Under the pieces are notes generated by a model. It saw nothing but the letters and a program-made list of their open reading frames with translations. It was not told where the DNA came from and searched no databases. Position numbers and translations under genes: made by a program. Shown in pieces: positions 48,819-63,654 of a stretch of 64,000 bases of DNA. The number at the start of each line of letters is the position of its first letter. The first letter of the stretch is position 1. The stretch comes from Eledone cirrhosa (Eukaryota): the NCBI GenBank assembly GCA_964016885.1, contig OZ024756.1:20956001-21020000 (forward strand). The letters run 5' to 3'.

Positions 48819-49899
48819 TACACCCTTATGTATTTTAACGTTTCGAAGTCTTCCGGCTCTATCTTTAGAATCATAATGGCCATACTAATGGTGCATTGCT
48901 TACCATGCTTAGCAGTGGTCGTAAAGTATCATGGAGTCGAGACAGCTCGTTCAGACATCTGCATTTTGCGTTTTGCATCGCCGTAGAAAGTCTGCAGATG
49001 TTTACTACGCCTATGCCTCGAAACCTACGGTAGCGTAATAAATATTACGTGTATGAATCCCATGACTTAGCTCTTTTTCATTATATAGAGCACTCTTTTC
49101 CTGTTTCCTCCTATGGAGCTTTTCACTCCCCTCCCACACACAGGCACACCCTCAGAAATATATGTCTTCTTTGCAGTCTGTGTCAGGTGTATGTGTCCTA
49201 TCTGTATAGGGTTACTATCTTAACAATTCCCTTAACAATCCTGTTTAAGGAGCTCTTGTATCTATTATTGTCATTTCTCTCCCCATCCCCACGTTTTTTA
49301 ACCATCTTAATAGAATGGAATGGGAAGTGGAAAAAACATTTCAAGGGTTTCTCCCCCTACCCCATGCCCTCTCTACAAGCAGGTGATATTTTTATTGTTT
49401 CTGAGATCTTTCACTCTCAGATACACACACATGTATACACACACAAACATACACAGTCATACACACGTACAGACACAAGCATACACAGTCATACACAGAC
49501 ACACACACACAAGCATACACACGCACAGACACAAGCATACACAGTTATACAGAAACATACAGACACACACAGACACACATGGGCAGACATAGACATACAG
49601 ACAGACATAGACAGACACAGCCATACACATGCATACACAGACACACTCACGCACAGACAAACGGGTATACAAGGACATCCACAGACATACACAGGCATAC
49701 AGGCATACACGGGAATACACGGACACACACGGACATACACATGTATACAGAATCACACGGACATACAGACACACGGACATACACAGACATACACGGACAT
49801 ACGCAAACATAGGCACCCAGGCATTCAGGCACACACATATACAACTGCTAAACAGTAACGTATTCGATGTCCTTGTGGCAAACATAATCGTTATCATAG

Positions 49900-50449
49900 T
49901 AATAACTACCACCACCTCCACTACTACCACCACTTCCACCACCTCCACTACTACCACCACTACCACCACCTCCACTACTACCACCACTACCTCCACTACT
50001 ACCACCTCTTCCACCACCTCCACTACTACCACCACTTCCACCACCTCCACTACTACCACCACTACCACCACCTCCACTACTACCACCAACACCTCCACTA
50101 CTACCACCTCTTCCACCACCTCCACTACTACCACCACTTCCACCACCTCCACTACTACCACCACTTCCACCACCTCCACTATCACCACTATCACTACCTC
50201 CACTACTACCACCACCACCACCTCCACTACTATCACCACCACTACCACCACCACCACCACCTCCACTATCACCACTACCACCACCACTACAACCACCACC
50301 ACCACCACCTCCACTATCACCATCACCACCTCCACTATCACCACTACCACTAATTCCACCACCACCACCACCTCCACTACTACCACTACAACCACTACCA
50401 CCACTACCACTACCTCCACCGCCACTACCACCACCACCACTACCACCGT

Positions 50450-50487
<38 letters not shown>

Positions 50488-50490
50488 ACG
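49900..50490. repeat. (ACC/ACT/TCC)n trinucleotide array; a similar array lies at 46520-46895
   Basis: Read directly. Confidence 0.93.
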
Positions 50491-50872
50491 ATGTTCAAGA
50501 TGAGTACAGAGAATAGGAAGAAAAAATTCCCTTCTAATATGAGAAACCAAAGCAACAACAACAACAACAACAACTGACTTTCACCCCTAAAACCTGGTCT
50601 TTTTGATAAGCGGCAGCGACTTCGATACCCTTAGAGAGAGAGAGAGAGAGAGAGGGGGGGAGGGGGGGGGTGATAGTAAAAAGGGAAAGATGTGAAAAGG
50701 GAGATAGGAAGAAACATATGGAGAGAGAGAGAGAGAGTGGGGGGAGGGGGAAGAGATATGAAGAGATGGTTGTTTCAAGTTAAACTGAATGTCGTTAGAT
50801 ATTTCAACACTGGTTCGGACTTGGAATGTTTGGGTTGTAACTTAGGAGCAATACACACACACACACGCACAT

Positions 50873-50920
<48 letters not shown>

Positions 50921-50934
50921 ACACACACGCACAT

Positions 50935-51005
<71 letters not shown>

Positions 51006-51074
51006 CACGCACACACACACACACATCCACACACACACACACGCACATACACACACACACGCACATCCACACAT

Positions 51075-51107
<33 letters not shown>

Positions 51108-51224
51108 CACACATACATATATATATATATACACATATATCTATATACACACATACACACAGGCTCTTTTATTATTGCTGAATATTTGTTACATTTATAT
51201 TTGTTACATGCATACATTCCACAC

Positions 51225-51393
<169 letters not shown>

Positions 51394-51439
51394 ACACACA
51401 TATATTTATATATATACACTGATTTTTTTGTTGAATCAT

Positions 51440-51527
51440 TATTCTGATGAGCAGATCGATAATGGAGTCATGTCCATAACTTCTATGGGTGACCTTGAGC
51501 CAATCCTTTGCGAAACGCACGTAACAG
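51440..51527 (+). ncRNA. Hammerhead motif with long stem II, between (CA)n tracts (family K)
   Basis: CTGATGA-gcaga...tttgc-GAAAC-gcac-GTA; stem I is poorly paired. Confidence 0.62.
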
Positions 51528-51987
51528 GTCGATACACACACACACAAAAAACCCAACTAAATATGTGTAAACGAAACTTCATCGTTTTACTTAATAGATA
51601 CACTCTGCCAGTGCATCGAGTGCTTAGTTCGGTACACACTTACGTACACACATACAGTGAAAGACACATACATATATGCATACATACACACGTACATAGC
51701 TACATACATACATAACTACATACATGCATAGTCAGACATGTGTACATACACACATACACACACATGCACATATACACACACACAGTCAAAGACACACACA
51801 CATACATACATAGAATCAAAGACATACATACATGCACACACACATACCTACATAAATGCCTACCTACATACATATATACACAACATACACACATGCGCAC
51901 ACAATCAAAGATACACACATACAGATTCAGAGACATACATACACATACACACATACATACACACGCACACATACCTACCTACCTACC

Positions 51988-52022
<35 letters not shown>

Positions 52023-52081
52023 GTACGTACCTACCTACATACACACATACCTACACACACACACGTACCTACCTACCTACA

Positions 52082-52125
<44 letters not shown>

Positions 52126-52893
52126 CCTACCTACCTACCTACCTACATACATACATACATACATACATACCTACCTACCTACCTACCTACCTACCTACCT
52201 ACCTACCTACCTACCTACATACACACATACCTATATACATATCGGTCATAGGAAATCCAGTGTACATATGTAATAAGTAACATTGCTAGAAGATTTCGAA
52301 AAGATCTGAAGACTATCATGTTACCAAAGATTTCGGCGGAATTTGTTGACGGTGGAAAATTCAGAATGTTTTAAAAACATGGAAATATACAGCTTAACTC
52401 AAGTTATTAAGAAACTTTTATTTTAAAGTATGCAGAATATTTTTGTTCTCTAAACTATTTTATTTTACAACCCTTTTTTCCCCCAAGAGACATTTTTTCT
52501 CTACACTCAGTACAAGAGTATTTAATTTAATTGTTTAATTTAAATATGACGACGATGATGATGATAATAATGATGAAGATGATGATGTATTTAAATATAT
52601 TCTGGTTGTTCTCTCTCTCTCTCTCCATATACTACATTGTTAAAACAAACATTTAAGTATTAAATATACATCTAAATATATACTTTTACATATTACATTC
52701 ATATAGTATATATATATATATATATATCTATATATATTTATTAAAATAACAGATTAAAGTTTAAGCAAATAATCACTGCTTTCACCCTTAACGGGATCTT
52801 CTGAAATATTTGCTCTACGGTTCTTTTTTTATCTGATATATATTTATCCTTATCGAGCCCTCTTTGGATTTTAGTCTTCAAATTTATTATTAT

Positions 52894-52957
<64 letters not shown>

Positions 52958-52959
<2 letters not shown>

Positions 52960-53152
52960 CGAAGGAAATGTGGTAAGGAACCAGGTGGACCATAACGCAC
53001 CAAAGTACTCAATACTTGGGGTAGTAGAGTGGGTAATAGGAACCAGTAAGACCCCGACGGCTGAGCTCAAGCCGTTTCTGGACTAAATCCTTTAGTCCAG
53101 AATTAGCCGTCGAAACGGCTTGAGCTCAGCCGTCGGGGTCTTACTGGTTCCT
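52958..53152. mobile_element. Family H fold-back copy in (TA)n
   Basis: Homologous to 40580-40810; the centre is ctggactaaa tcc tttagtccag. Confidence 0.85.
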
Positions 53153-53221
53153 ATATATATATATATACTATATTAATGTAATATGTAAAAGTATATATTT
53201 AGATGTATATTTAATACTTAA

Positions 53222-53307
<86 letters not shown>

Positions 53308-53627
53308 GCATGTATGTATATAATTCTGTGTATATGTGTGCATAAGATAGAATAACATTTTATCTACTCTGAGAGACAAAACAAAGTATACCGTAAAATG
53401 TGATATCTTACATTACATTATTTCATACCGTAACAAAAACTCATTTAATGTCAGATTTCACTCCATGCACGTATTATGTATGTATGTGTATAGTATATGT
53501 ATGCATGAATGTATGTATGTATGTATGTATGTATGTATGTATGTATGTATGTATGTATGTATGTATATGTGCATGTATATATATGAGTAGGCTTGTATAT
53601 GTTGGTGGAAGTGTATAGTCATAATAC

Positions 53628-53720
53628 CTGGTGACGCATTACTTTTTCGCGTCTGATTGGCCGTTGTCGACTTCTCCTTGAGAGACTCTTCCACTCTTTG
53701 CCAGGTTTTATTTTTATAAC
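53628..53720 (-). CDS. Candidate 93-bp internal exon (phase 1-1); gene assignment uncertain
   Basis: Strong acceptor (ttttttattcttttcctccttggcag|), open frame (G)YKNKTWQRVEESLKEKSTTANQTRKSNASP with three N-glycosylation sequons, and donor CAG|gtatta. Non-repetitive composition. Confidence 0.5.
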
Positions 53721-55364
53721 CTGCCAAGGAGGAAAAGAATAAAAAAAATTTGCTCACATCGTTTCCTCATCATCCAGTAAACAGAGTGGGTGGTGTTGGT
53801 TTAGTCATCGAACATCCGACCTTGAGACAGCAGTATTCGGTTACATGGTTACCAGTAGTAAATTAAACCAAACCTGACTCAGCAATAGTACGCCAGTACA
53901 TTCAGTACAGCACACTAACCAATACATGTGTAATAAGATCCAGTGAAGGAACTTATACGTGGTCATTCGGACAACTAGAAATAGCAGCTTAAATAATATA
54001 GATTCCTCCATGGACACCAACCAATATATGTGTAATAAGATTCAGTGAAGGGACCTATACGTGGTCGTTCGGTCAACTAGAAATAACAGCTTAAATAATA
54101 TAGATACCACCATGGAATGGTCACAACAACAGTACATAACACTAACCAATATATGTGAAATAGGATCCAGTGAAGGGTCTTATACGTGGTCGTACGGTCA
54201 ACTAGAAATAACAGCTGTCTTACATACCGAAAAAAAAACCGAACAAAAATAGATAATATAAATTCTCACGTAATGGTCACACCTGGAACACTTTGATGAT
54301 AGGTCTACTTGGTCAGTGTTATATATAGATAGAGTTCGATCAACAAGATCTCAGACCTCATTCCCTTACTGAGTGGGGTGGACCTTGTCAAATCGGACCA
54401 AGGAACCAATGTTTCTATTGCTGAAACTATCTACAAATCGGTCGCAACTCCTCGTATTAACATGACTAAAAAAGGGTTTCTAATTTAAGAACAAAGCCAG
54501 CATTTCTTTTTGGAGAAAGGAAAAGCCGGTTATACCCCTGACGCCCTAGTTCTTTACTGGTCCTTTGTTATAAACCTCGGTAAGATGAAAGGCAAAGTTG
54601 ACCTAGTGCGTTTACCGTTGCGCTTACATTTTCGAAAAGCCTTAGTGTAGTCAAGTCAAAGACAGACAGGACTAGGTCCCGCTTAGGTAGCAGCCAGGCT
54701 ACACGTGACCCAACGGGTCATATGTGGTCTAGTATATATATATATATAATACTGAATGAACAAAGGTTGTTAAATTAAATCATTAAATCTATCTTTAATG
54801 TCAACAATTGTTCCTATACAGATAAGAGTCGTGTTAATACATGTAAACAATGAACCAAGCTGTTACAATTAATAATCTACATGGTATTAAGACTCTAACC
54901 GCGTGTCATCAGGAAGGTGGAAGAAGGGAATATTTTATTACATTAACGAGACTATAAGTAAACAATGAATAACAGTATACAGCATAAGCAAGCTGTAAGT
55001 GATAAATAGAGTGAAAAGGGATTGTTACGTATGTGATGTAAGTCTTTTAGCACAAGAATTAGTTGTATGTAAGTAAAGCAGTAGAATCGTGTTGTTAAAG
55101 AGAGATATAGAGATATAGCAGATTATCGAAAATCAACAGTATTCTGGGCTGTAAAAATCCTTAAATTCTACATGAATATGTATGTTTAATGTACAGCTTA
55201 AAGCTGTTATCTTATACGAAGTGTGCATAGAGCTTTACACATCTTATCAAGAATGATATTGGATTCCTACACTATAATTACACCCCCACGATTAAATGTT
55301 TAAGTAAACAATTTCTGCTTTTAGTCTGTGGTGTTAGTAAATATTTAAATATTTGCTCTGCGGT

Positions 55365-55413
<49 letters not shown>

Positions 55414-55470
55414 CGCGAACCTAATACCTTTTGTAACTTGTATTCCTGCGTTGTTGCTTTTTTACTTTCC

Positions 55471-55499
<29 letters not shown>

Positions 55500-55501
<2 letters not shown>

Positions 55502-55715
55502 AAAGTATTTCCGTAATAAAGGTAAAGGAAAAAAGAGTGCTCCATGTACTGTACAGAGCTATTTAATTACATAATAAACCACACAATATAATTATTTCAT
55601 TACCGAAGGTTTCAAGAAACTAGATGATTCTTGCAATGATCATCCAGTTTGTTCGTCAGACAAAATAGTTATGTTTTGGATATCCAAAACATTGTGTTAT
55701 TTATTATGTAATTAT
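55500..55715 (-). mobile_element. Family G hammerhead element with intact core
   Basis: Minus 55593-55667: tattttgt-CTGACGA-acaaactggatgat...atcatctagtttctt-GAAAC-c ttc g-GTA-atgaaata. Confidence 0.8.
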
Positions 55716-55729
55716 ATATATATATATAA

Positions 55730-56011
55730 TTGGTGTGGGATGCTTAAAGCGTACGTATGCGGTAGGCCGTTTGAGCACTCGATGCTCTTACAGAGCAGAG
55801 TATGATATCACATAAGAAACGGAGAATCAGTTGTGATTCTCCGAAACTCTGCTTCGAAGAATCGAGACGTATCTGAGGATCTTGCGATTTCAGAGTCAGG
55901 TTCGATCATTGCATCGATCGTGCCTCGAGCTGGTTGCCAAAGAAACGATTGTAATATGTCTAATACATTTTAATTCGCCGCACCACTGATTCTCCGTTTC
56001 TTATGTGATAT
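55730..56011 (+). mobile_element. Family F hammerhead element with flanking inverted repeat
   Basis: agacgtat-CTGAGGA-...-GAAAC-gatt-GTA-atatgtct at 55865-55961. Inverted repeat ~55805-55831 / 55985-56011. Shares ccgtttg(a)agcactc.atgctct with ~28006. Confidence 0.75.
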
Positions 56012-56551
56012 ATATATACATATATATATATATATATGTTGAAAAAAAAAGTGTAGACGTTAGAAAATGTTGTATACAGGTTACGGCTTTTCAAACCCTT
56101 CTTTTTAATCATTTTCCTTCCATGTGACGATAATGGCAGCCAAAGGAGTGCGGCTGCGTCACTAGTAGACATTAGTGATAGAACGAGATGGATCGCTCCC
56201 GTTGACGAAATTCTGTGTTGATCCTGGCCGCGTCCATTCCTTCCAGACAACTCTGGATTTAATGTGTGGCTTCTGTGTACTGGGTGCAATTATTGCACCT
56301 CAGTGTACAGGAGACGGAGTAGAAACCAACGATTTCGTTTGGTCCGGGCTAAATTGTTTACACACGCATATAATCCCGAACTTACCACTAATAACTAAAT
56401 GTGTATGTTCTGAATCACGGACTTGCGCTTCGGAAATGCAAGTCCGTGAATTCATTAAGCGAGTGGGAAAGTTCAACGTACTAGCATAAACTCAGTTTGT
56501 CTAGTTCGATACACTTATACATATATTAAAACTAAATGAGAAAAAACTCAA

Positions 56552-56673
56552 CCTTATTTCCCGGCGCCGAAGGCGAAAAAAGTATTAAACAACTTTCGGC
56601 CTGCAGGACGCATGGTAGATTTTTGAGATTTATTTTAGGAAAAAAGTAGGGGATTCGACGCCGGGAAATACGG
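56552..56673. mobile_element. Same MITE family, internally deleted
   Basis: ccttatttcccggcg ... cgccgggaaatacgg-ta; shares ttattttaggaaaaaagtag with the 31314 copy. Confidence 0.75.
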
Positions 56674-56783
56674 TACTTACAGGAGTATAAACAACATAGA
56701 CGAAAAAATTATTCTATTTAACTTCGCTTATATATAGATCTGCCTAACATGGTTTTATGGTATTAGTGACTAATTAACCTTTA

Positions 56784-56825
<42 letters not shown>

Positions 56826-57048
56826 TGTTAACATATATTGCAGATTGGAATAAGCTAAACAAATGGATCACGATAAACCACAAGCATAAAAACAGAAAAT
56901 ACATGGCGAGAGGTTTCATGTGTGGGCGTACACAGTCTGCAAATTTACAAGGATATCATATATATCACATGACCTGATGGAGGTGATGTAAGTTAACTAA
57001 ATTCACATTTTCTTATAAATGCAATACATTTAAATGCACATGTATGTA

Positions 57049-57111
<63 letters not shown>

Positions 57112-57113
57112 TA

Positions 57114-57301
57114 AATATAGAAATTGCTTCTACAGGACTACAACTGTTTCATTCGGGAGAAATCATCAGGAAGCTCTGATGGTTTCTCCTGAATAAAACA
57201 GTTCTAGTCCTGTAGAAGCCATTTTTATATTTAATATTTATACTCTGCTATGTATTGAGTACCTTACTTACTTTGGTTACCCCGATTGAGCCCGGGATAA
57301 A

Positions 57302-57303
<2 letters not shown>
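57114..57303. mobile_element. Family C fold-back copy flanked by (TA)n on both sides
   Basis: Minus 57126-57174 gcttc-CTGATGA...GAAAC...GTA-gaagc is intact; the mirror arm starts at 57176. Confidence 0.85.
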
Positions 57304-57352
<49 letters not shown>

Positions 57353-57559
57353 ACTAGAAATTGATTGACATATATATATATATTTAAAATAAACATATGA
57401 AACAATCACAGGGAATAATTTGTAAAATTTACAGGGATGTCATATACGATAATATATCACATGACCTGATGGAGGTGATGTAAGTTAACTAAATTCAACT
57501 TTTCCTATAAATGCAATAAATTTAAATGCACATGTATGTATATGACATGACACCGTTAA

Positions 57560-57625
57560 TTTAATTTTGTGTATCTATATATATATATATAGTACATCAC
57601 ATATAAGATATATATATAGTACATC

Positions 57626-57666
<41 letters not shown>

Positions 57667-58330
57667 TATATATATATATCATATATATATCATATATATA
57701 CTATATATATGATATATTATATATATACAATGTATATATACAATGTATATATTATATATATACAATGTATATATACAATGTATATATACAATGTATATAT
57801 TATATATATACTGTATATATATATCATATATATACTATATATATATTATATATATACTGTATATATATATCATATATATACTATATATATATTATATATA
57901 TACTATATATATATATATATATCATATATATACTATATATATATATCATATATATACTATATATATATATATCATATATATACTATATATATATATATAT
58001 ATACTATATATATACTGTATATATATATCATATATATACTATATATATATATACTATTTATATATATATATATATCATATATATATATATATATCATATA
58101 TATATACTATATATATATATATATCATATATACAATGTATATATATATCCTATAAATATCATATATATATACAATGTATATATATATCATATAAATATCA
58201 TATATATATACAATGTATATATATATCATATAAATATCATATATATACTATATATATATATCATATATATATATATATATACAATGTATATATATATATC
58301 ATAAATATGTCATATATATATATGCATACA
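57560..58330. repeat. TA-based variant microsatellite (tatcat/tactat/tacaatg)
   Basis: Read directly. Confidence 0.9.
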
Positions 58331-58449
58331 TAACGTATGTATGTATAGAGTGCTAATAAAAAAAAAAAAATATATATATATAAAATATATGCAATGATTT
58401 TCTATTCATGTTTTCTCTATTTTTTTAAAACTTTAACAGTAGTTTGATT

Positions 58450-58790
58450 GTATTTTGTATTTAATATGTTTTGTATTTACTATTTTTTGTATTTACTATT
58501 TTTTGTATTTACTATTTTTTGTATTTACTATTTTTTGTATTTACTATTTTTTTGTATTTACTATTTTTTTGTATTTACTATGTTTTTGTATTTACTACTT
58601 TTTTTGTATTTACTATTTTTTGTATTTACTATTTTTTTGTATTAACTATTTTTTTGTATTTACTATTTTTTTGTATTTACTATTTTTTTGTATTTACTAT
58701 TTTTTTGTATTTACTATTTTTTTGTATTTACTATTTTTTGTATTTACTATTTTTTTGTATTTACTACTTTTTTTGGAATTTACTATGATT
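58450..58790. repeat. 17-19-bp minisatellite (tgtatttactattttt)n
   Basis: Read directly. Confidence 0.95.
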
Positions 58791-59974
58791 TTTTTTTATT
58801 TAACTTTTCTTAAACCCGTAATGTTTTTTTTATCAGCCGAGCTAAACGAAACCAGAAAGATTGAGAAACTTTGTTTTATTGATAGACTTTCTCGTTATCT
58901 GTATTATGGATATATTTCGTTAGAAACAGTTACAGAAAACAGAAGCTTAAGGAATCGAGTGTGGTCTTCTAGACTTTCTACACCTTTATATCATGGCTCA
59001 GTTTCTCTATGTTTATATGAATTATGTTGAGGTTGGGGGAAAGGGTCAGATATATATAAGTTGAAAGTTTTATGAATCAGAATCATCTCATATTTCTACA
59101 CGCCTCTCTTATTGTGCTTTATATATATATGTTTATATAGAATCTGTTAGCATCAAACATACGAAAGAGATTCTTAGAGAAATCTGTGTGGCCTTACATT
59201 TCTACAACCTTCACGTGTCTGTATTTGTATATATGTATTCTGTTAAGGCTGCTTATACAAAATGAAATCTAATGAAATCCTTATGGTTTCACTATACAAT
59301 CTCACAAATAAATCTTTCTACAATCTAACCAAGACTCTGTGTCTATATTGTTAGTTTTTGTTTAACCCTAGGCCAAACCTAACTGAGAACAAATATTATG
59401 AAAAGGATTCTAGCCGCGATAACCCTATATCCTGTCACTCTTTTTTCTTTTTTTTGGCAGTGTGTATCTAGGAATGTTTTATTCAAAGTGTCCTTCTGCT
59501 TTTATATGTATATGCGTATGTGTAGGTCTGTGTGTGAGAGTGAGTGCCAATGTGCGTATACATACGTGTGGTGTGTATGTGTAATAAAGGTTTAAGTTGA
59601 AATCCCACAATCAAGTAATGGAGTTATTATAATCAAATATACCGTCTCTGTAACCTCGTGTATAGAACACAAGACCTGACAAAATAAACTTTTTTTCCCA
59701 TTTTTCCGGATTCTAGTCAGCTACATTACTTTTTTTTAAATTGTGACTAGAAATTGTTGGCCCCTTTAAAGTAGCTGAGAGAGAGAGGAAGTTGGAAATA
59801 ACAATAGAACTTGACTGGTACTTTATTTATCGACTGCAAAGGGATTATTATCAAAGTAAACCCGACCTCGATGGAATTTGAACACAAAAGGCAGAAAACC
59901 AAAACAAATACTACAAGGTATTTTCTCCGACGATCTAACGATTCTACCAATTTGCTGCTATTGTCAAATATAGT

Positions 59975-60442
59975 CTTTGACTTTGCCTTTCATCCTTACG
60001 GGGTTGATAAAATAAAGTACCAGTAATGCACTGGGTAATTGCTGGCCTTGTGCCTAAAAGTAGAAACAATTATTATACCTGTCCACTAGTCATTATTTAC
60101 AAGGGCGGGGGATTGGCAGTATCGGTAGAGGGTCGGACGCCATGCTTTCCAGCATAGTTACGTACATTTACGATCTGAGTTCAAATCCCGCTGAGGTTCA
60201 CTTTGCCTTTCATCCTTACGGGGTCGATAAAATAAAGTACCAGTAATGCACTGGGTAATTGCTGGCCTTGTGCCAAAAGTAGAAACAATTATTTTCATTA
60301 GAGCTGTGGATTGGCAGTATCGGTAGAGCGTCAGATAACATGCTTTGCAGCATAGAGTTACGGCTCTTTACGTACTGAGTTCAAATCCCGCCGAGGTTAG
60401 CTTTGCATTTCATCCTTACGGGGTCTATAAAATAAAGTACCT
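59975..60442 (+). mobile_element. Three tandem tRNA-derived SINE copies, the first 5'-truncated; an older antisense copy lies at ~59745-59950
   Basis: Repeated A box ttggcagtatcggtagag, B box gagttcaaatccc and the shared core. Confidence 0.88.
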
Positions 60443-60466
60443 GTCACACACACGCGCGTGTGTGTG

Positions 60467-60563
<97 letters not shown>

Positions 60564-60565
<2 letters not shown>

Positions 60566-60743
60566 GAACGAGTAGGACCCCGACGGCTGAGCTCAAGCCA
60601 TTTCGACGTCCAGAATTAGCCGTCGAAACGGCTTGAGCTCAGCCGTCGGGGTCCTACTCGTTCCTATTACCCACTCTACTACCCTAAGTATTGAGTACTT
60701 TGGTGCGTTATGGTCCATCTGGTTCCTTACCACATTTCCTTCG

Positions 60744-60745
<2 letters not shown>
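60564..60745. mobile_element. Family H fold-back copy, opposite orientation
   Basis: Antisense-homologous to 52958-53152; (TA)n on both sides. Confidence 0.85.
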
Positions 60746-60786
<41 letters not shown>

Positions 60787-60977
60787 GGTTTGAGGTTCAC
60801 CACTGTATAGAGCTGGTCTATTCCGTATGGTCAATCGTAATGCAATAATATATAGAGTACTCAACGTAAGGCAGTTAAACCGTCTTTGTTTTTGTAGTTG
60901 GTGGTGCTATTACGGAGTTAAATATTATAATGAAATGACAGGAGGCTGGATTTGTGTAAATCCTTGAAAGGTTTATT

Positions 60978-61035
60978 ATACTATGATCATTTCAATGACC
61001 GGGTTCCGTATGAATCCGGTGATATCATCAGGTAT
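60978..61035 (-). ncRNA. Type-I hammerhead motif (family J)
   Basis: atac-CTGATGA-tatcaccggattc atac ggaacccggtcatt-GAAA-t-gatc-a-TA-gtat, with a palindromic GATC loop III. Confidence 0.8.
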
Positions 61036-61227
61036 TCGAAATATAATACGTGAATGTAATAGATAAAATCCATGGGGCTGAAAATCGAGGACCCGAGGGC
61101 GACCACTATTCTGTTCCTTCAACCTCAGCTGGTCGCCCGGCTGTTATTATTAAAATAACAGATTAAAGTTTAAGCAAAGAATCGCTGCTTTCATCCTTAA
61201 CGGGATCTTCTGAAACATATACTATAT

Positions 61228-61286
<59 letters not shown>

Positions 61287-61844
61287 GGAGAAAGAGAAGG
61301 AGGGATATATTTCATGCAGATAAAACCATTGTGATTAATAGTGTATTTAGTTTCAAGCCGGTCACCCACCCGTTCCATTGCCGTTAACAAGTTGATTCAA
61401 TTTATCTGGTGAACGGCTTTAAGCTACATAAAGCTTGCTCTCTTGTCTAACCATGGTGAAGGGATAGTCACACACACACACACACACGCACACGCACACG
61501 CACACGCACACACATAAACACACACCTAGAAACGCATACACACACTCACATATACACATACACACCCACAACAACACACTCCTCACCACCACCAACACCA
61601 AGACCAACACCAACAACCAAAGAAATTCCCTTTTTATGTAACGTTTTTCTTTCCTTTTATATCTCTTAGTCTTAATCTTCCTGAAAAATCATCTTTTCTT
61701 TCACGAGAGAACTAATAAAATAGTGTTAAAGGCAATATATAAGTGTGTGTGTGTGTGTGTGTGTGCGTGTGTGTGTATATATTTATGTGTGCGTGTGTGC
61801 ACGTACACACACACACACATATATGTATATATACACACACACAC

Positions 61845-61887
<43 letters not shown>

Positions 61888-62030
61888 TATATGCACAATA
61901 CATATGTATATATATATTTATACACATATACATGTATATATATATATATATATGCTCACACATATGTATATATATATTTATACACATATACATGTATATA
62001 TATATATATATAGATATATGCACACACATA

Positions 62031-62076
<46 letters not shown>

Positions 62077-62103
62077 CATATGTATATATATATACACTTA
62101 TGC

Positions 62104-62162
<59 letters not shown>

Positions 62163-62408
62163 CACATATACATGTATGTATGTCTATATGTATATATATA
62201 TATATGTAATGTGTGTGTGTGTGTGTATACACCCCCTCATATATAATACCATTGACAATTTCAATTATGTAGTCAGTTTACCAAGTTACCGGTTTCCTCA
62301 GTTTAATAATAGTGTTGATGTCTCTAGTGGTGTTGGGAGACCACTTAGCCTTAATATATGAGAGGTGATCTGACAGTGATAGGCATCAGTAGAACAACAT
62401 TAACAAGC

Positions 62409-62529
<121 letters not shown>

Positions 62530-62660
62530 TATATATATACACATATATATATATATATATATATACACATACATATATACATACATATATATGCGCACAC
62601 ACACATATAAATATATATATACTTATATATGCATACATATACATCTCTCTCTCACTGTCT

Positions 62661-62701
<41 letters not shown>

Positions 62702-63092
62702 AATATGTATATACATATGTATATATATATATATATATAAATATGTATATACATATGTATATATGCATATATAAATATGTATATACATATGTATATATGC
62801 ATACATATATATGTACATACACATATATATATAAATATGTATATACATATGTATATATGCATACATATATATGTACACACATATATATATATATATATAT
62901 ATAAATATGTATATACATATGTATATATGCATACATATATATGTACACACATATATATATATATATATATAAATATGTATATACATATGTATATATGCAT
63001 ACATATATATGTACACACATATATATATATATATATATTTAAATATGTATATACATATGTATATATATGCATACAAACACACACGTACACGC

Positions 63093-63123
<31 letters not shown>

Positions 63124-63160
63124 GATACATATATAAATATGTATATACATATGTATATAT

Positions 63161-63255
<95 letters not shown>

Positions 63256-63274
63256 GGTTTATATATATATAGAT

Positions 63275-63598
63275 TAGTGGTTAGAGCGTCGGGCTTACAA
63301 TCGTGAGTTTGAGTCTTGGATCGGGCTTTGCGTTCTGTCCTTCAGCAAGACACTTTATTTCCCGTTGCTCCAGTTTACTCAGCTGTAGAAATGAATAGTG
63401 ACGTCACTGGAGCCAACCTGTATCGGCCATTGCCTTTCCCTTGGACAACATCGGTGGCGTGGTGAGGGGAGACTGCTATGCATGGGCGACTGCTGGTCTG
63501 CCACAAACAACCTTGCCCGGACTTGTGCCCCGCACCGCAGGGGAACCTTCTAGGTGCAACACCCATGGTTATTTGTTACCGAAGGGGGTCTTTACCTT
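63275..63598 (+). mobile_element. tRNA-derived CORE-type SINE with 3' tail
   Basis: Same head and core as the 11216 copy (tagtggttagagc, gcaagacactttatttc, ccagtttactcagctgtagaaatg). Confidence 0.75.
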
Positions 63599-63654
63599 AA
63601 TATGATATTTTTCGTGGGGTGGTGATATAATTTTTGGCAGCACCGAACATATGT

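Noticed and set aside
49629-50573. Poly-Thr and Gly-Ser ORFs
   Set aside because: Trinucleotide array with no supporting exon signals.
52740-54915. Further weak hammerhead-like strings (CAGAAGA..GAAA at ~52780-52803 and 61190-61213; CTGATGA at ~54906-54912; also ~7215-7235, 30276-30310, 52306-52360)
   Set aside because: The core or stems are too degenerate to call by eye; they are left for a covariance-model scan.
55960-56489. ORFs of 104-109 aa considered as the missing APCDD1 N-terminal exon
   Set aside because: No APCDD1 motifs or other recognisable homology, and no convincing splice pair.
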